A program made the translations under genes and the position numbers. Of a DNA stretch of 41,211 bases, positions 1 through 9,400 are shown piece by piece. The notes below the pieces were generated by a model. The model had not been told where the DNA came from, made no database searches, and saw only the letters and a program-made list of their open reading frames with translations. The DNA lies in IMG/VR virus record IMGVR_UViG_3300045163_000020; one strand, 5' to 3'. This DNA comes from a virus. The number at the start of each line of letters is the position of its first letter. The first letter of the stretch is position 1.

Positions 1-69
1 ATGTTCGTCACCTGGCTGGTGTCCAGCTCCGGCACCGTCGTCAACGCCGCACACCCGGAGAACATCGAG
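1..69. repeat. Terminal direct repeat, left copy (identical to 41143..41211)
   Basis: Base-by-base comparison: atgttcgtcacctggctggtgtccagctccggcaccgtcgtcaacgccgcacacccggagaacatcgag occurs at both ends. Confidence 0.95.
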
Positions 70-99
70 GACATGTTCGTCACCTGGCTGGTGTCCAGC
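1..99 (-). repeat. Left-end continuation of the 72-bp array (one unit shared with the terminal repeat plus a 30-bp partial unit)
   Basis: nt 1..99 match the array unit. Divergence starts at nt 100. Confidence 0.9.
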
Positions 100-905
100 A
101 GAAATGGGACGGTTGTCACCGTCCGGTAATCCAGTCCCCGACCAGTGAGCGCGGCACGGAACTGATCCTGTGCCGCCGTGGTTGAGCCGTTTTCCACAAT
201 GGTGACTGTTTCAACATCCAAGCCGCGGTTCCACACCAGCACACCGTCGAGCCACAGTTCTTCAATCTCCGACCCCTCGAAGTGCAGGGATTCAATGACA
301 TCGTCACTGGTGTTCATTGACCCTTTTTTGCCCCATTCGCCGGGGTTGGGAGGAGTGGTGAGGAACCGGTACCAGGCGGCGCCGGATGCACCATTCCCTC
401 CTCTGGTTCCGCCGCCGAGGAATCCACCGGCCTTGCCAGGGGCCCCTCCGCCGCCGGGAGCACTGCCAGGGAATTGACCATCGCCTGCGGTTTCGGCGCC
501 ACCGGTGAATGTTCTGCCGAATGCTGTGTAGCTTCCGGGGGATTGACCCGGCCGGTAGTCCCTGCCTCCGGGGCCGGCCTCCCCGCCGGCTGCGGTGACG
601 GGGCCGATGGTGGTCACCCCACCCGGAGCACCGTCCGGCTGGCTGTTGACGATGCTTCCACCGTGACCTCCGGCGCCGCCGGCGCCGAAGGCGTATGAGA
701 ATCTGGTGTTCGGGGTGACGTCCCATTCTCCGGAGGCCCATTCTCCGGCGCCGCCGCCGGCTCCCCTGCCGCCGTTGTTGTACCAGCCTCCGCGGCCGCC
801 GCCGCCACCACCTACAGCGACCGCCTGCGCCCGCAGCGCACGGTCCGGAACCGTGATCTCTCGGTTGCCAGCTGTTATCCAATCGCCCCACACAGGCTCC
901 CTCAT
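1..905 (-). CDS. Glycine-rich minor tail protein, N-terminal 301 codons of a junction-spanning gene whose C-terminus is 40509..41211
   Basis: Absent from the ORF track because it has no stop inside the window. Manual translation of the minus frame (codon low coordinate divisible by 3) is open from ATG 905..903 to nt 1. It reads MREPVWGDWITAGNREITVPDRALRAQAVAVGGGGGRGGWYNNGG...GAGGAGGHGGSIVNSQPDGAPGG...PGEWGKKGSMNTSDDVIESLHFEGSEIEELWLDGVLVWNRGLDVETVTIVENGSTTAAQDQFRAALTGRGLDYRTVTTVPFLLDTSQVTNMSS. ATGA overlap with the stop of 905..2266. Confidence 0.8.
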   Translation of the reverse strand, partial: MREPVWGDWITAGNREITVPDRALRAQAVAVGGGGGGRGGWYNNGGRGAGGGAGEWASGEWDVTPNTRFSYAFGAGGAGGHGGSIVNSQPDGAPGGVTTIGPVTAAGGEAGPGGRDYRPGQSPGSYTAFGRTFTGGAETAGDGQFPGSAPGGGGAPGKAGGFLGGGTRGGNGASGAAWYRFLTTPPNPGEWGKKGSMNTSDDVIESLHFEGSEIEELWLDGVLVWNRGLDVETVTIVENGSTTAAQDQFRAALTGRGLDYRTVTTVPFLLDTSQVTNMSSMFSGCAALTTVPELDTSQVTN

Positions 906-2266
906 CAGGACTCCCTCCGCACAGCGTAGATCACGCCGTCCACCATCTGATCAGGCAGTGCATCCACCACCTGAAACATCCGGATCTGTGCTGCAGCACG
1001 ATCAGCCTCCGCAGTCGCCGTCGATGCGGCACCCTGCGCAGACGCAGCATCAGCGGACACCGCAGCAGCAATGTCCGACACTTCGCCACGCACATCATCA
1101 GCCGCAGATGATGCCGCAGCCTCAGCCCGGTCAGCATCCGACGCTGCCGACGATGCAGACTGGGCAGCAGAATCCGCCAGCCCGGACACCTCACTGCGCA
1201 CACCATCGGCAGCCGCCGCGGCAGCTGACGCTGCTGCATCGCCTACGGCGGCATCCACACCATCCGCTGCCGTCTCTGCGCGGGCGGCATCTGCCGCGGC
1301 AGAAGAGGCGGACTCGGCAGCCTTTCCCTGTGCTTCCTCCGTGGCCGTCTGCGCTACCTTCGCAGCATCGCTGGCGGTGATGGTCGCCGACCGGTCCGCA
1401 GCCGTAGCCGCCGAATCCTCGTCCGCCTTCTTCTGTGCTGCCTCCGCCTTCCCCTGCGCGGACACCGACGCAGTCTTCGCCGCCGCCGCATCCTTCGCGG
1501 ACTGGTCGGCCTCCTGTGCCCGGGACGTGGCATCACCCGCCGATGCGGCAGCTCCACTGGCGGCGGTTCCCGCTGCAGTTGCCGAAGCGGCGGCATTCTT
1601 CTCCGATGTTGCGGCTTGTGTCGCTGCCCGGGTCGCGTCGTCCCTGGCGTCGAGGACGGTCTGCGCGTCGCCGACGACCGCGGCCCCAGCCTCTGCCCGG
1701 CCTGCCGCCTTCTCCGCCGCGATCTGTGCGGCGTGTGCCTTCTGCTGCGCTTCGACGCTCTCGCTGGCGGAGGTACCGGAAGCGGTCGCGGCGTTCTCTG
1801 CGCGGGTGGCTGCCTCGCGGGCGCGGGCGATGAACTCCTCGACGGTGACGAGTGCTTCGCCGATGGCATCCCCGTCGCCGGTGACGATGTCCATGTCAGG
1901 GAGGTGGACAGTGTCTCCGGAGAGGACGATGTTGACGTCGTCGATCCCCGGGATCTGCTGCCCGTTCCAGCGCATAGTGCGGTGTACCCGGTAGACGACG
2001 GAATGTCCGTTCACCTCGGAGATGAGGCGGACCCCCTGGGAGCCGTCGGCGCCGATGAGGCGGCCGAGCGTGTACTGGCCGGTCCGGGGGCGGGCGACGA
2101 TGTACCAGTCCGGTTCGTCGTCGACCGAGATTCCGGTGAGCCGGAGCGGGGTGAACGTGGCTTCCCCGGACAGTCCGCGCTTGATGAGGTCGGCGGTGCT
2201 GCTGGTCGCGGTTCCGATGTCAAGATAGCGCCAGTCGTCGGTGATGACCGTGGATGACAGTGACAT
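905..2266 (-). CDS. Tail fibre or minor tail protein with a long Ala-rich coiled-coil-like shaft
   Basis: 453-aa ORF. SD AAAGGAG lies before ATG 2266. The N-terminal globular part is followed by about 300 aa of A/S/D/E-rich low complexity. Position in the tail-tip block. Confidence 0.75.
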   Translation of the reverse strand: MSLSSTVITDDWRYLDIGTATSSTADLIKRGLSGEATFTPLRLTGISVDDEPDWYIVARPRTGQYTLGRLIGADGSQGVRLISEVNGHSVVYRVHRTMRWNGQQIPGIDDVNIVLSGDTVHLPDMDIVTGDGDAIGEALVTVEEFIARAREAATRAENAATASGTSASESVEAQQKAHAAQIAAEKAAGRAEAGAAVVGDAQTVLDARDDATRAATQAATSEKNAAASATAAGTAASGAAASAGDATSRAQEADQSAKDAAAAKTASVSAQGKAEAAQKKADEDSAATAADRSATITASDAAKVAQTATEEAQGKAAESASSAAADAARAETAADGVDAAVGDAAASAAAAAADGVRSEVSGLADSAAQSASSAASDADRAEAAASSAADDVRGEVSDIAAAVSADAASAQGAASTATAEADRAAAQIRMFQVVDALPDQMVDGVIYAVRRES

Positions 2267-2283
2267 GGTGGTCTCCTTTCTAT

Positions 2284-2979
2284 CTAAGGCTGCGTCTCAG
2301 GATCGGCCGGCGCCGGATCCGGATTGTCGGAGTTGTCGCCGAGATCGGTGCCGCCGGTGTCCTCGTTGAAGACCGTCTCCGTGGCGTACCGGGTGGTCTT
2401 CTTCGCGGAGACGATGGTCCGGGCGGCACCGCCGAGGACGGCCCGCCACTTCCCCGTCCCGAACCACACCTGCACGGTCGCGGGGAGCTGATCCTCCTCG
2501 ACCAGGGCGTCGATGATCCGGCAGGACGCCGACCCCGCCCCGGTCCCCGGCCACACGCGGACGGTCTTCGTCCGGATGACCGTGCCGTCCTTGGCAATCA
2601 CGTGGACGTCGACGTCCGTCCACCCGTCTCCGCCGTAGTTCGACCAGTCGAAGTAGACATCCGCATCGACCGTCCACTCCCCCGGCGCGAGGAGTTGGAT
2701 GTCGCCGTCGATGAGGCGGGCGTCGATGGGTTCCTGGATGAGTTGGTCCCAGCGGATGTGTCGTCGGTCGTCGGTGGCGTTTCCCCAGGTCCAGTCGATG
2801 ACGTTGTTGATGGTGGCTTGGATCTTGCCGATGGCGCCGTTGGCGGGGGCGAAGGCTCTGGCGAGTTCTCGGCCGAGGGCTGCGGCGACGGGCATGGTCG
2901 GGGTGGTGGGGAGACTGTTGGTGCCGGTGGCTCCGCCGGGTCCGGTGACTTCGTAGCGGTTGGTGGTGGGTTCGGTCAC
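2284..2979 (-). CDS. Minor tail protein
   Basis: GTG 2979 overlaps the upstream stop (GTGA). The sensible sequence VTEPTTNRYEVTGPGG...WTVDADVYFDWSNYGGDGW replaces the Arg-rich N-terminal extension of track ORF 2284..3810. Confidence 0.7.
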   Translation of the reverse strand: MTEPTTNRYEVTGPGGATGTNSLPTTPTMPVAAALGRELARAFAPANGAIGKIQATINNVIDWTWGNATDDRRHIRWDQLIQEPIDARLIDGDIQLLAPGEWTVDADVYFDWSNYGGDGWTDVDVHVIAKDGTVIRTKTVRVWPGTGAGSASCRIIDALVEEDQLPATVQVWFGTGKWRAVLGGAARTIVSAKKTTRYATETVFNEDTGGTDLGDNSDNPDPAPADPETQP

Positions 2980-4049
2980 TTGGTCACCACCGGTTCGACC
3001 TTGATGCGGAGGAATCCGTTGTCCTTGCGGCTCTTCACGGTGACGCCGGTGGCGGAGTAGCGGCGGCGGAGGAGGACGTAGAAGTCGACGCCGGTGCCGG
3101 CGGGGACGATGGTGTTGGACTCTCCGAGGGGGCTGCTGCCGTCTGCGGCGGGGACGATGCTGCGGGTCTGCCACTCGCCGAGGATCTGTTCGTTCTGGTT
3201 GCCGGGGCCTTTGGCGACGAGGGGTCCGGAGGCGGCGCCGAGGCGGACTTCGGCGTCGACGACGAGGCCGATGCCGTCGGTCTTGACGTCGATTGCTCCG
3301 AAGATCTCGGGTTCCCAGGGGAAGGCTTGGGCGGGGACGTTGACGACGACTGCCTGGAGGGTGTCGCCGCGCCAGTTGATGCCGGAGTCGAGGGCCTTCC
3401 AGTCGGAGTCGGCGGCGCTTTTCTTCACCACGCCCGGGGAGAGCTGCATGGTGGCGGGGTACCAGGTGCCGTCGGTGTGCTTGGTGAGGACCTGGCCGGC
3501 GGTGGCTGGGGTGCCGTGGTCGTCGTAGTCGGCGGAGGCTTCGATGTCCGCGGCGGGGCCCGTCGGGCCTTCCTTGCCTCGCTCTCCTTGCCGGGGTTCG
3601 GGGAGGGTGAAGTTGATGGTGGCGGTGCCGTTGGTCTGTCCGTCGTCTACGACGGTGACGGCGGGGACGGGGCCGACCTGGACGCCGCCGATCTGGACTT
3701 TCGGGGCGGGTCCGACGGGGCCGTCTCCGCCGAAGTAGTCGCTGATGCGGACGAGGTCCAGGCCGTTGTAGGTGAGGACGTCGGAGGTGCCGGCGATGGG
3801 CCAGAACCATCCGATGTCCGACGGGGACAGATCACCGATGTCCGGCAGCTCGTCCTCGCCGACGGGTTCGCGGAAGCGCGGGGGCAGGCCGTCGCGTCCG
3901 GGGTCGCCGGGCTCGCCCTTGTAGGCGGGGATGGAGGTGGTGATGCTGTTGCCGTCGATTTCGAGGACGCCGCGGCCCTCCTCGCGGATGTTCCACTGGT
4001 CTGACAGGAGCAGGTGCAGGGTGGACGGGATGTCGATCTTGGCGACCAT
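2976..4049 (-). CDS. Minor tail protein with short collagen-like Gly-X-Y stretches
   Basis: 357-aa ORF with SD GAAAGGA upstream. Contains GEPGDPGRDG and GERGKEGPTGP motifs. Lies in the tail-tip block. Confidence 0.75.
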   Translation of the reverse strand: MVAKIDIPSTLHLLLSDQWNIREEGRGVLEIDGNSITTSIPAYKGEPGDPGRDGLPPRFREPVGEDELPDIGDLSPSDIGWFWPIAGTSDVLTYNGLDLVRISDYFGGDGPVGPAPKVQIGGVQVGPVPAVTVVDDGQTNGTATINFTLPEPRQGERGKEGPTGPAADIEASADYDDHGTPATAGQVLTKHTDGTWYPATMQLSPGVVKKSAADSDWKALDSGINWRGDTLQAVVVNVPAQAFPWEPEIFGAIDVKTDGIGLVVDAEVRLGAASGPLVAKGPGNQNEQILGEWQTRSIVPAADGSSPLGESNTIVPAGTGVDFYVLLRRRYSATGVTVKSRKDNGFLRIKVEPVVTK

Positions 4050-4076
4050 GGCGCGGTCCTTTCTGTGGGGTGGTGG

Positions 4077-5609
4077 TCAGGAGAGAGACAGCTGGTTGGC
4101 GATGGTCAGCGCGGCGGCGCCGGAGCGTTTCGCGCGGGAGCCGACGGCGACGTCCGGGGGGCGGCCGATGGTGACTGTCGCGGCGCGGCCGGTGGCCCGG
4201 TCGCGGTGGATCTCGATAGCGGTGACGACACCGATGACCTCCCGGTTGGTGCGGTCGGTGTAGGCGACGGTGTCGCCCATGTCGAAGTCGTCGAACGCGC
4301 GCCACGGCATTCCGTCGGCGACGGTCACGGTCGTGGCCACGCGGCCGGCGATCTCCTCGAGCTGGGCGCGGCCGGTGGTCTCTGCCTCCAGGGACAGTCC
4401 GGTGGCGGAGTTGACGAACACCTCAGGCGGCGCAAGCCCCCCAATCGAACTGTGGACCTGCGTGTCGTGGACCCGGGTGTAAGTGAACAGGCGGTCGGAG
4501 AGGAGGTCCTCGGCGATTCCTCCGAGGCCGGGGATTATCACGCCGGCCTCGGCCGAGAGGATCGCCACCGCCGCCTGAGCGAGCGATCCGGTGAGGTCGT
4601 TCAGCCAGTTCGGCGACGCCCCGCCGACCAGGGCGGACACTGCCTCAGGGGAAGTGTCGTCGGTGTCCTCTGAGACGACGCCGGCGCCGCCCCACTGCCA
4701 GGACACGACCGGCAGGCCGGTGCCGGCCAGGGCCTCGGTCCAGCGTTTCCCGATCCACCGGGCGGACCCCTGACCGATCCACGCGAGCGCGTCAGTGAGG
4801 AACTCCGCCATCTCGATGGCGAGAGTCTCGAGCCGGTTGTGCGCGGCGGCCATCGCCCCGGAGCGCTCGTGCTGCACCGGGCGGACGATGAACTGGGTCG
4901 TGGACTGGTCGATCCAGGAGACGGGCACCGGCAGGCCGGTGAGCGGGTCGCCCGGCCTCCAGGTGATGACCTCGACGGTGACGCCGGTGTCCTCGGTGAC
5001 CTTCTCCACCAGCTCGGAGATCGTGATCGGATCCGTGCGCCACGTCCGCCGCGGTGACGTGTCGTGCCACGTGTCGACCTGCGGCACGAGAATTCGCGGG
5101 GCCGGTCGGACGTAGAGCGCCAGACGGGCGGCCTGGTCGCGGATCTCGCGGGTCAGGCCGGAGATCACCGGCCCGGACCAGAACCTCTTCTTCGACACCT
5201 GCAGCCACTCCGGAGCGAGCGCGTCGGACATGGTCAGGATGTTCTGGAAGATCGATGTCGACGCCTTCGCCTCGACCGTCACCGACTCGTCATCATCATC
5301 CGCAGCGAGGTTGACCCGGGTGACCTGACCATCCCAGGGGCGGACCCCGTCGCGAATGCGCAGGCCGACGTAGCGGGTCTTGCACTCCCGCAGCACCGGC
5401 AGCAGCGGATCCTCCACCGAGATCGTGAACGTCGCCTGCCCGCCGTCGGCGAGCCCGCGGACGAAGCGGGTGCTGAGGTCCGAGAACTCTCCGATGAAGC
5501 CGACGAGGCAGGAGTCCTCCCACACCTCGATCTCCGCGTCAGCGACGAGGATCCCCGGGCGGGCGCGGTCGGCGAGCAGGCCCGCGTCCTCATAGGTCAG
5601 TGCGGTCAT
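4077..5609 (-). CDS. Tail-tip protein (Tal-like), called by position after Dit
   Basis: 510-aa ORF. ATGA overlap with the Dit stop at 5609. Gene order is TMP, Dit, Tal. Confidence 0.65.
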   Translation of the reverse strand: MTALTYEDAGLLADRARPGILVADAEIEVWEDSCLVGFIGEFSDLSTRFVRGLADGGQATFTISVEDPLLPVLRECKTRYVGLRIRDGVRPWDGQVTRVNLAADDDDESVTVEAKASTSIFQNILTMSDALAPEWLQVSKKRFWSGPVISGLTREIRDQAARLALYVRPAPRILVPQVDTWHDTSPRRTWRTDPITISELVEKVTEDTGVTVEVITWRPGDPLTGLPVPVSWIDQSTTQFIVRPVQHERSGAMAAAHNRLETLAIEMAEFLTDALAWIGQGSARWIGKRWTEALAGTGLPVVSWQWGGAGVVSEDTDDTSPEAVSALVGGASPNWLNDLTGSLAQAAVAILSAEAGVIIPGLGGIAEDLLSDRLFTYTRVHDTQVHSSIGGLAPPEVFVNSATGLSLEAETTGRAQLEEIAGRVATTVTVADGMPWRAFDDFDMGDTVAYTDRTNREVIGVVTAIEIHRDRATGRAATVTIGRPPDVAVGSRAKRSGAAALTIANQLSLS

Positions 5610-6484
5610 CAGAACGGCCTCCTGAACTGGGGTCGGATACTCACGACGGCGGATGCGTCCGCCCCCGCATTGACGACGACGATGTCCTGGACCGACCGGG
5701 ACTCACGCGGGGCGAGCGGGAAGCGCAACCGCTGGCCACCCATCACCCGGTGAATGTCCGGCCGCTTGTCGGAGACCACGTGCCGTGCCGACCGGTCGGT
5801 GGTCAGGCGGACGGTCTCACCGTCCTCGACGTTGATGACGACGAGGGAGTCACCGTCCGGCACCTTGAACAGCGCCGGGCCGCGCAGGACCCAGTCGATG
5901 TGGGCGGGCACGTCACCGTGGTTGGCGATGCCGGCAGTGCGGTCCCACCGGCCGTCGGCCCACACGCGGCGGACCTGCAGTCCCTGCCAGAACGCCTGGC
6001 CGGCGACGACCGGGACCAAGTACGACTGCCGCTGGCGGACCTCGGCTGCGATGTCGGTCTGCTGGACCTCCGGCTTGCCGCCGAGGCGGACGTCCTTGAA
6101 CCGGACACCGCGCGGGGAGTTCACGGTCAGTCGGGAGGTGTGCCACGGGGTGAGGTCGTCGAAGAACCTGTCGCGGATCCGCTCGAAGCTGGTGGTCGGT
6201 GTGCGGTTGAGGTGCACAGGCAGGGAGAACTCCGTCTTCTGCCCCACCGCGCCCAGCCATGTCGCACCGTCAACCTGGGCGGACTCGAACCAGCGGTGGA
6301 CGATGTCCGGCTCCTCGAAGTCAGCCCAGCCGGAGGCTAGGACCGCTCCCTCGCGGTTGGCTGAGGCGGCCGACCAGTCCGACAGGTGCCACACGCGGGT
6401 CGGCAGGCCCGCCGCCATACCCGGGCCCGTCAGCGTGACGTTCGCTGACCCGCCGGGGAAGAACGAGCTGTAGTACTCGCTCAT
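5609..6484 (-). CDS. Distal tail protein (Dit-like phage tail family)
   Basis: ATG 6484 overlaps the tape-measure stop (ATGA). 291 aa, immediately downstream of TMP. Confidence 0.65.
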   Translation of the reverse strand: MSEYYSSFFPGGSANVTLTGPGMAAGLPTRVWHLSDWSAASANREGAVLASGWADFEEPDIVHRWFESAQVDGATWLGAVGQKTEFSLPVHLNRTPTTSFERIRDRFFDDLTPWHTSRLTVNSPRGVRFKDVRLGGKPEVQQTDIAAEVRQRQSYLVPVVAGQAFWQGLQVRRVWADGRWDRTAGIANHGDVPAHIDWVLRGPALFKVPDGDSLVVINVEDGETVRLTTDRSARHVVSDKRPDIHRVMGGQRLRFPLAPRESRSVQDIVVVNAGADASAVVSIRPQFRRPF

Positions 6485-9400
6485 CAGAACCCCTCCTTCC
6501 ACCGGGCTTTACGCTCGGCCATCCGAATTCCGGCAGCGACCTCCTGGCGGTCGAAGCCGTTGACATTGACGTGCGACTGGTAGGTCGGGCCGGACGCCGC
6601 CTGGGTGGCCACAGCCGCGGCCATCCGGTCGTCCCGCTTGCGCTGGTTCCCGGCGATCGTGAGCTGCAGCCCGCGTCGGCGCGCCCACGCCTGCCCCGTC
6701 GGGATCGACGAGTCATCATCGGGCAGGTAGAACTCGTCCACCGTCGGGTTGTCGCCGATCAGACGGGGCGTGTTCGGCGGGACGATGGCCGCCTGGCCCG
6801 ACGGCAGGAGCCGGAACTGTCCGCCGTCGGCGTAGCCCGCTCTCGTCGGCCAGATCGCCGACGGCCCGCCGTACTTGTAGATCGCCCAGTCGATTCCGGC
6901 GACGAGGTTCTCCAGCGGGTCGAACAGATCATCCACCAGTCCGGCGTGATGCTCGGGGAACATCTGCCGCATGGACTGCCGGGTCGGCTCGATGACCTGC
7001 AGCAGACCTCCCGACGGTGTGCCGCTCGCCGCGTTGGAGTCCCAGTTGTTCTGGATCCCCGGGTCGCCGCCGGACTCGATGTCGACCTGCTCGGTGGTCA
7101 CACCCTCCTCCCCTGCCGGACGCCCGGTGCGGGCGAGCGCGTCGAGGATGGTGGATGACCACTGAGCCGCCCCCTGCGAGGGGTCGTAGGTGTGGCTTCC
7201 GCCACCACCGCCGCCAGTGCCGCCGGAGGAGGACTCACGGAGTCCGGAGTCGGCCTCCGAGGCGGTCATGGACTGGTACGCGTCGGAGAACTTCGAGGAG
7301 TGCTGTCCGGATGCCGAGGCGGCGGACTGCATGTCCTCGTAGCTGGCGCCGGTGTTGATGCCGTAGGCGTACTTCGCTCCGGCGATGGCCGCCTGGGTCA
7401 ACGGGCCAAGATCGTCGTCGACGCCGAAGGCGGCGAAGACGTCACCGACCGCGTCGGATACCAGGGACTTCGCCACCTTCCCGGCGATGCCGGAGACCGA
7501 GGTGTCGACGTCGCCGTACTCGTCATGCCAGGCGGAGACGCGCAGAGTGTTGACGCCGCCCTTCTCCCTCGCGGCTAGCGCTGCGGTGACCAGCGCCGAG
7601 TTCTCGCCGACGCCGAAGGCATCGCCGAAGCGCTGGGTGTAGACGCCGGCCTCGAGGAGGGCGCGGACGCCGCGCGGGTCGTTCTGGTTGTCGAAGGCGG
7701 CGGCGAGCTCGTCGTCCTTCTCGTCCTGCCCGCCCTTCGCCCAGAGGAGGAAGTTGACGAGCTCGTCGTCTTCCTCGACGTGGTACCGGTCGGCGAATCG
7801 GGGGGTGAAGTCAGCTCCCCGGGTGAGGGACAGGATCCCGTCCGGGTCGTTGTCAGCGTTGAACATCGCCTGGGCGACCGGGTCAGGGCCGAGTGTCACG
7901 TTGGTCTGGACGACCTCGGGCTTCGACTCGGCGACCATCTTCCGGCGGCGTTCCTGCTCGTCGGCGGCGTTCTTCGCCGCGGAGTCGCGGGACTTCTCCT
8001 CCGGCGACTTGTCCTTGTCGTCGTCCTTGGTGCGGTCCTTCCACGCCTCGTCCTCACCGTCGAGGGGAGCCTGGGCGGCGATGTGGACGTGGTTGCGGTG
8101 CTGGGACATGGTGTCCGCGCCGTAGAAGCCCATGCCGTCGCCGACGTTGTCCCCGTTCTTCACGTTGTTGCCGAACGGGGAGTGGATCAGCTCGGCGAGC
8201 TGGTACTGGTAGCGGTCGTAGAACCACTGCGCCATGGACTGCATCTCGGGGGTGTCGTCGTAGCCGTTGGAGGCGTCGACGGCCTTCCCCTGCCCGTGGA
8301 GATCGTTGCTGTTCCGGGTCGTGGAGGTGATCGTCATCATCGGGAAGTTCTCGTTGACGAGCCCGATGATGCTGTCCACCACACCACCGGAGGCGAGCGC
8401 CTGCACACCCGGCGCGCCGCCGGCGGCGGTGGGCCGGGTGGGGGTCTTTGCTTCGAGGGCGAAGATAGCTGCCTGTGGCTGCCCCTGGTTGAGCCAGTAG
8501 TAGGCGTCGTTGTATTCGCGGCTGCTTTTGGCGTTGGCGACCCATTCTCCGCCGTCGAGCCAGGACATCGGGGTGCCGTCGGGGCTGATGCCGAGGATGC
8601 CGTCGGTGATGTGGGTGCCTGGTCCGGTGGTGGGGAGTCGGTAGCCGGTGTGGCTGGGGCCTCCCACGGCGCCGGGGGCGATGTCTCCGCCGGCAGCGTT
8701 GCGGGGGATGCGGCCGCCGGTGGCGTTTTGTCCTGCTGCCAGGCTATAGCCGAGTGGGTCGGCGAAGAAGCCTCCGGATGCGGAGTACTCCTTTCCCGCC
8801 ACCGTGTAAGTGACGGTGTGCTTGGAGTACGTGTCTCCGTTCGGGCTGTTGAGGTTGTTCTTGATGTTCGCAGCAGTTGCTGCGGAGTCGTCGGACTGGT
8901 GGTGGTTGCCGGAGGTCTGGGTGCCGTTGACGCCGTTGAGGTGGTCGACGACGTCCTGAATGTTGTCGGCGAGGTGGAAGTCACCGTTCATGTCCTTGTA
9001 GCCCATACCGAGTTCGATGAGTCGGTCTCGGACCTCGGGGTCGTTGGAGTCGATGACGACGCGACCGTCGGGGAGGGTTGTGGTCTTGATGCCGAGTTCT
9101 TCGAGGGAGGCGATGCACTCGGGGGCGTCCGGGTTGTCGATCTTGATGTAGCCGTCCTTGGTGGCGGACGCCTCGATGCCGATCTGCTTGAGGATGGCGA
9201 GGATGTCGGCGCCTTCGGGGAAGGCGATGTTCACTCGGCCGTTGATCGGCTCGGAGACTTTGGCGCCGAGTTCCTCGAGCTTGGACTTGGTGTCGTTGTA
9301 GGTGGCTTCGTCGAACTTGATGGAGACGCGGGCCTCTCCGTTCTCACCGGCGTTCTCGAGCTTGAGGTCCTGGCCGTTGAGTTCCTGCAGGATGTCCTTG

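Noticed and set aside
304-891. 195-aa Arg-rich minus-strand ORF listed in the track over the first kilobase
   Set aside because: It is the wrong frame. The frame with codon low coordinate divisible by 3 is open from 905 to 1. That frame encodes a sensible Gly-rich tail protein, ATGA-coupled to the upstream gene, and it is unlisted only because it lacks a stop inside the window.
2284-3810. 508-aa ORF (and similarly 19554..21353, 26604..27530, 27827..28627, 28704..29636, 32102..32713 and 37852..38550) taken at full length
   Set aside because: The 5-prime extensions are Arg/Pro-rich read-through of the upstream gene in another frame. The internal ATG or GTG starts overlapping the upstream stop give compact, coupled genes.
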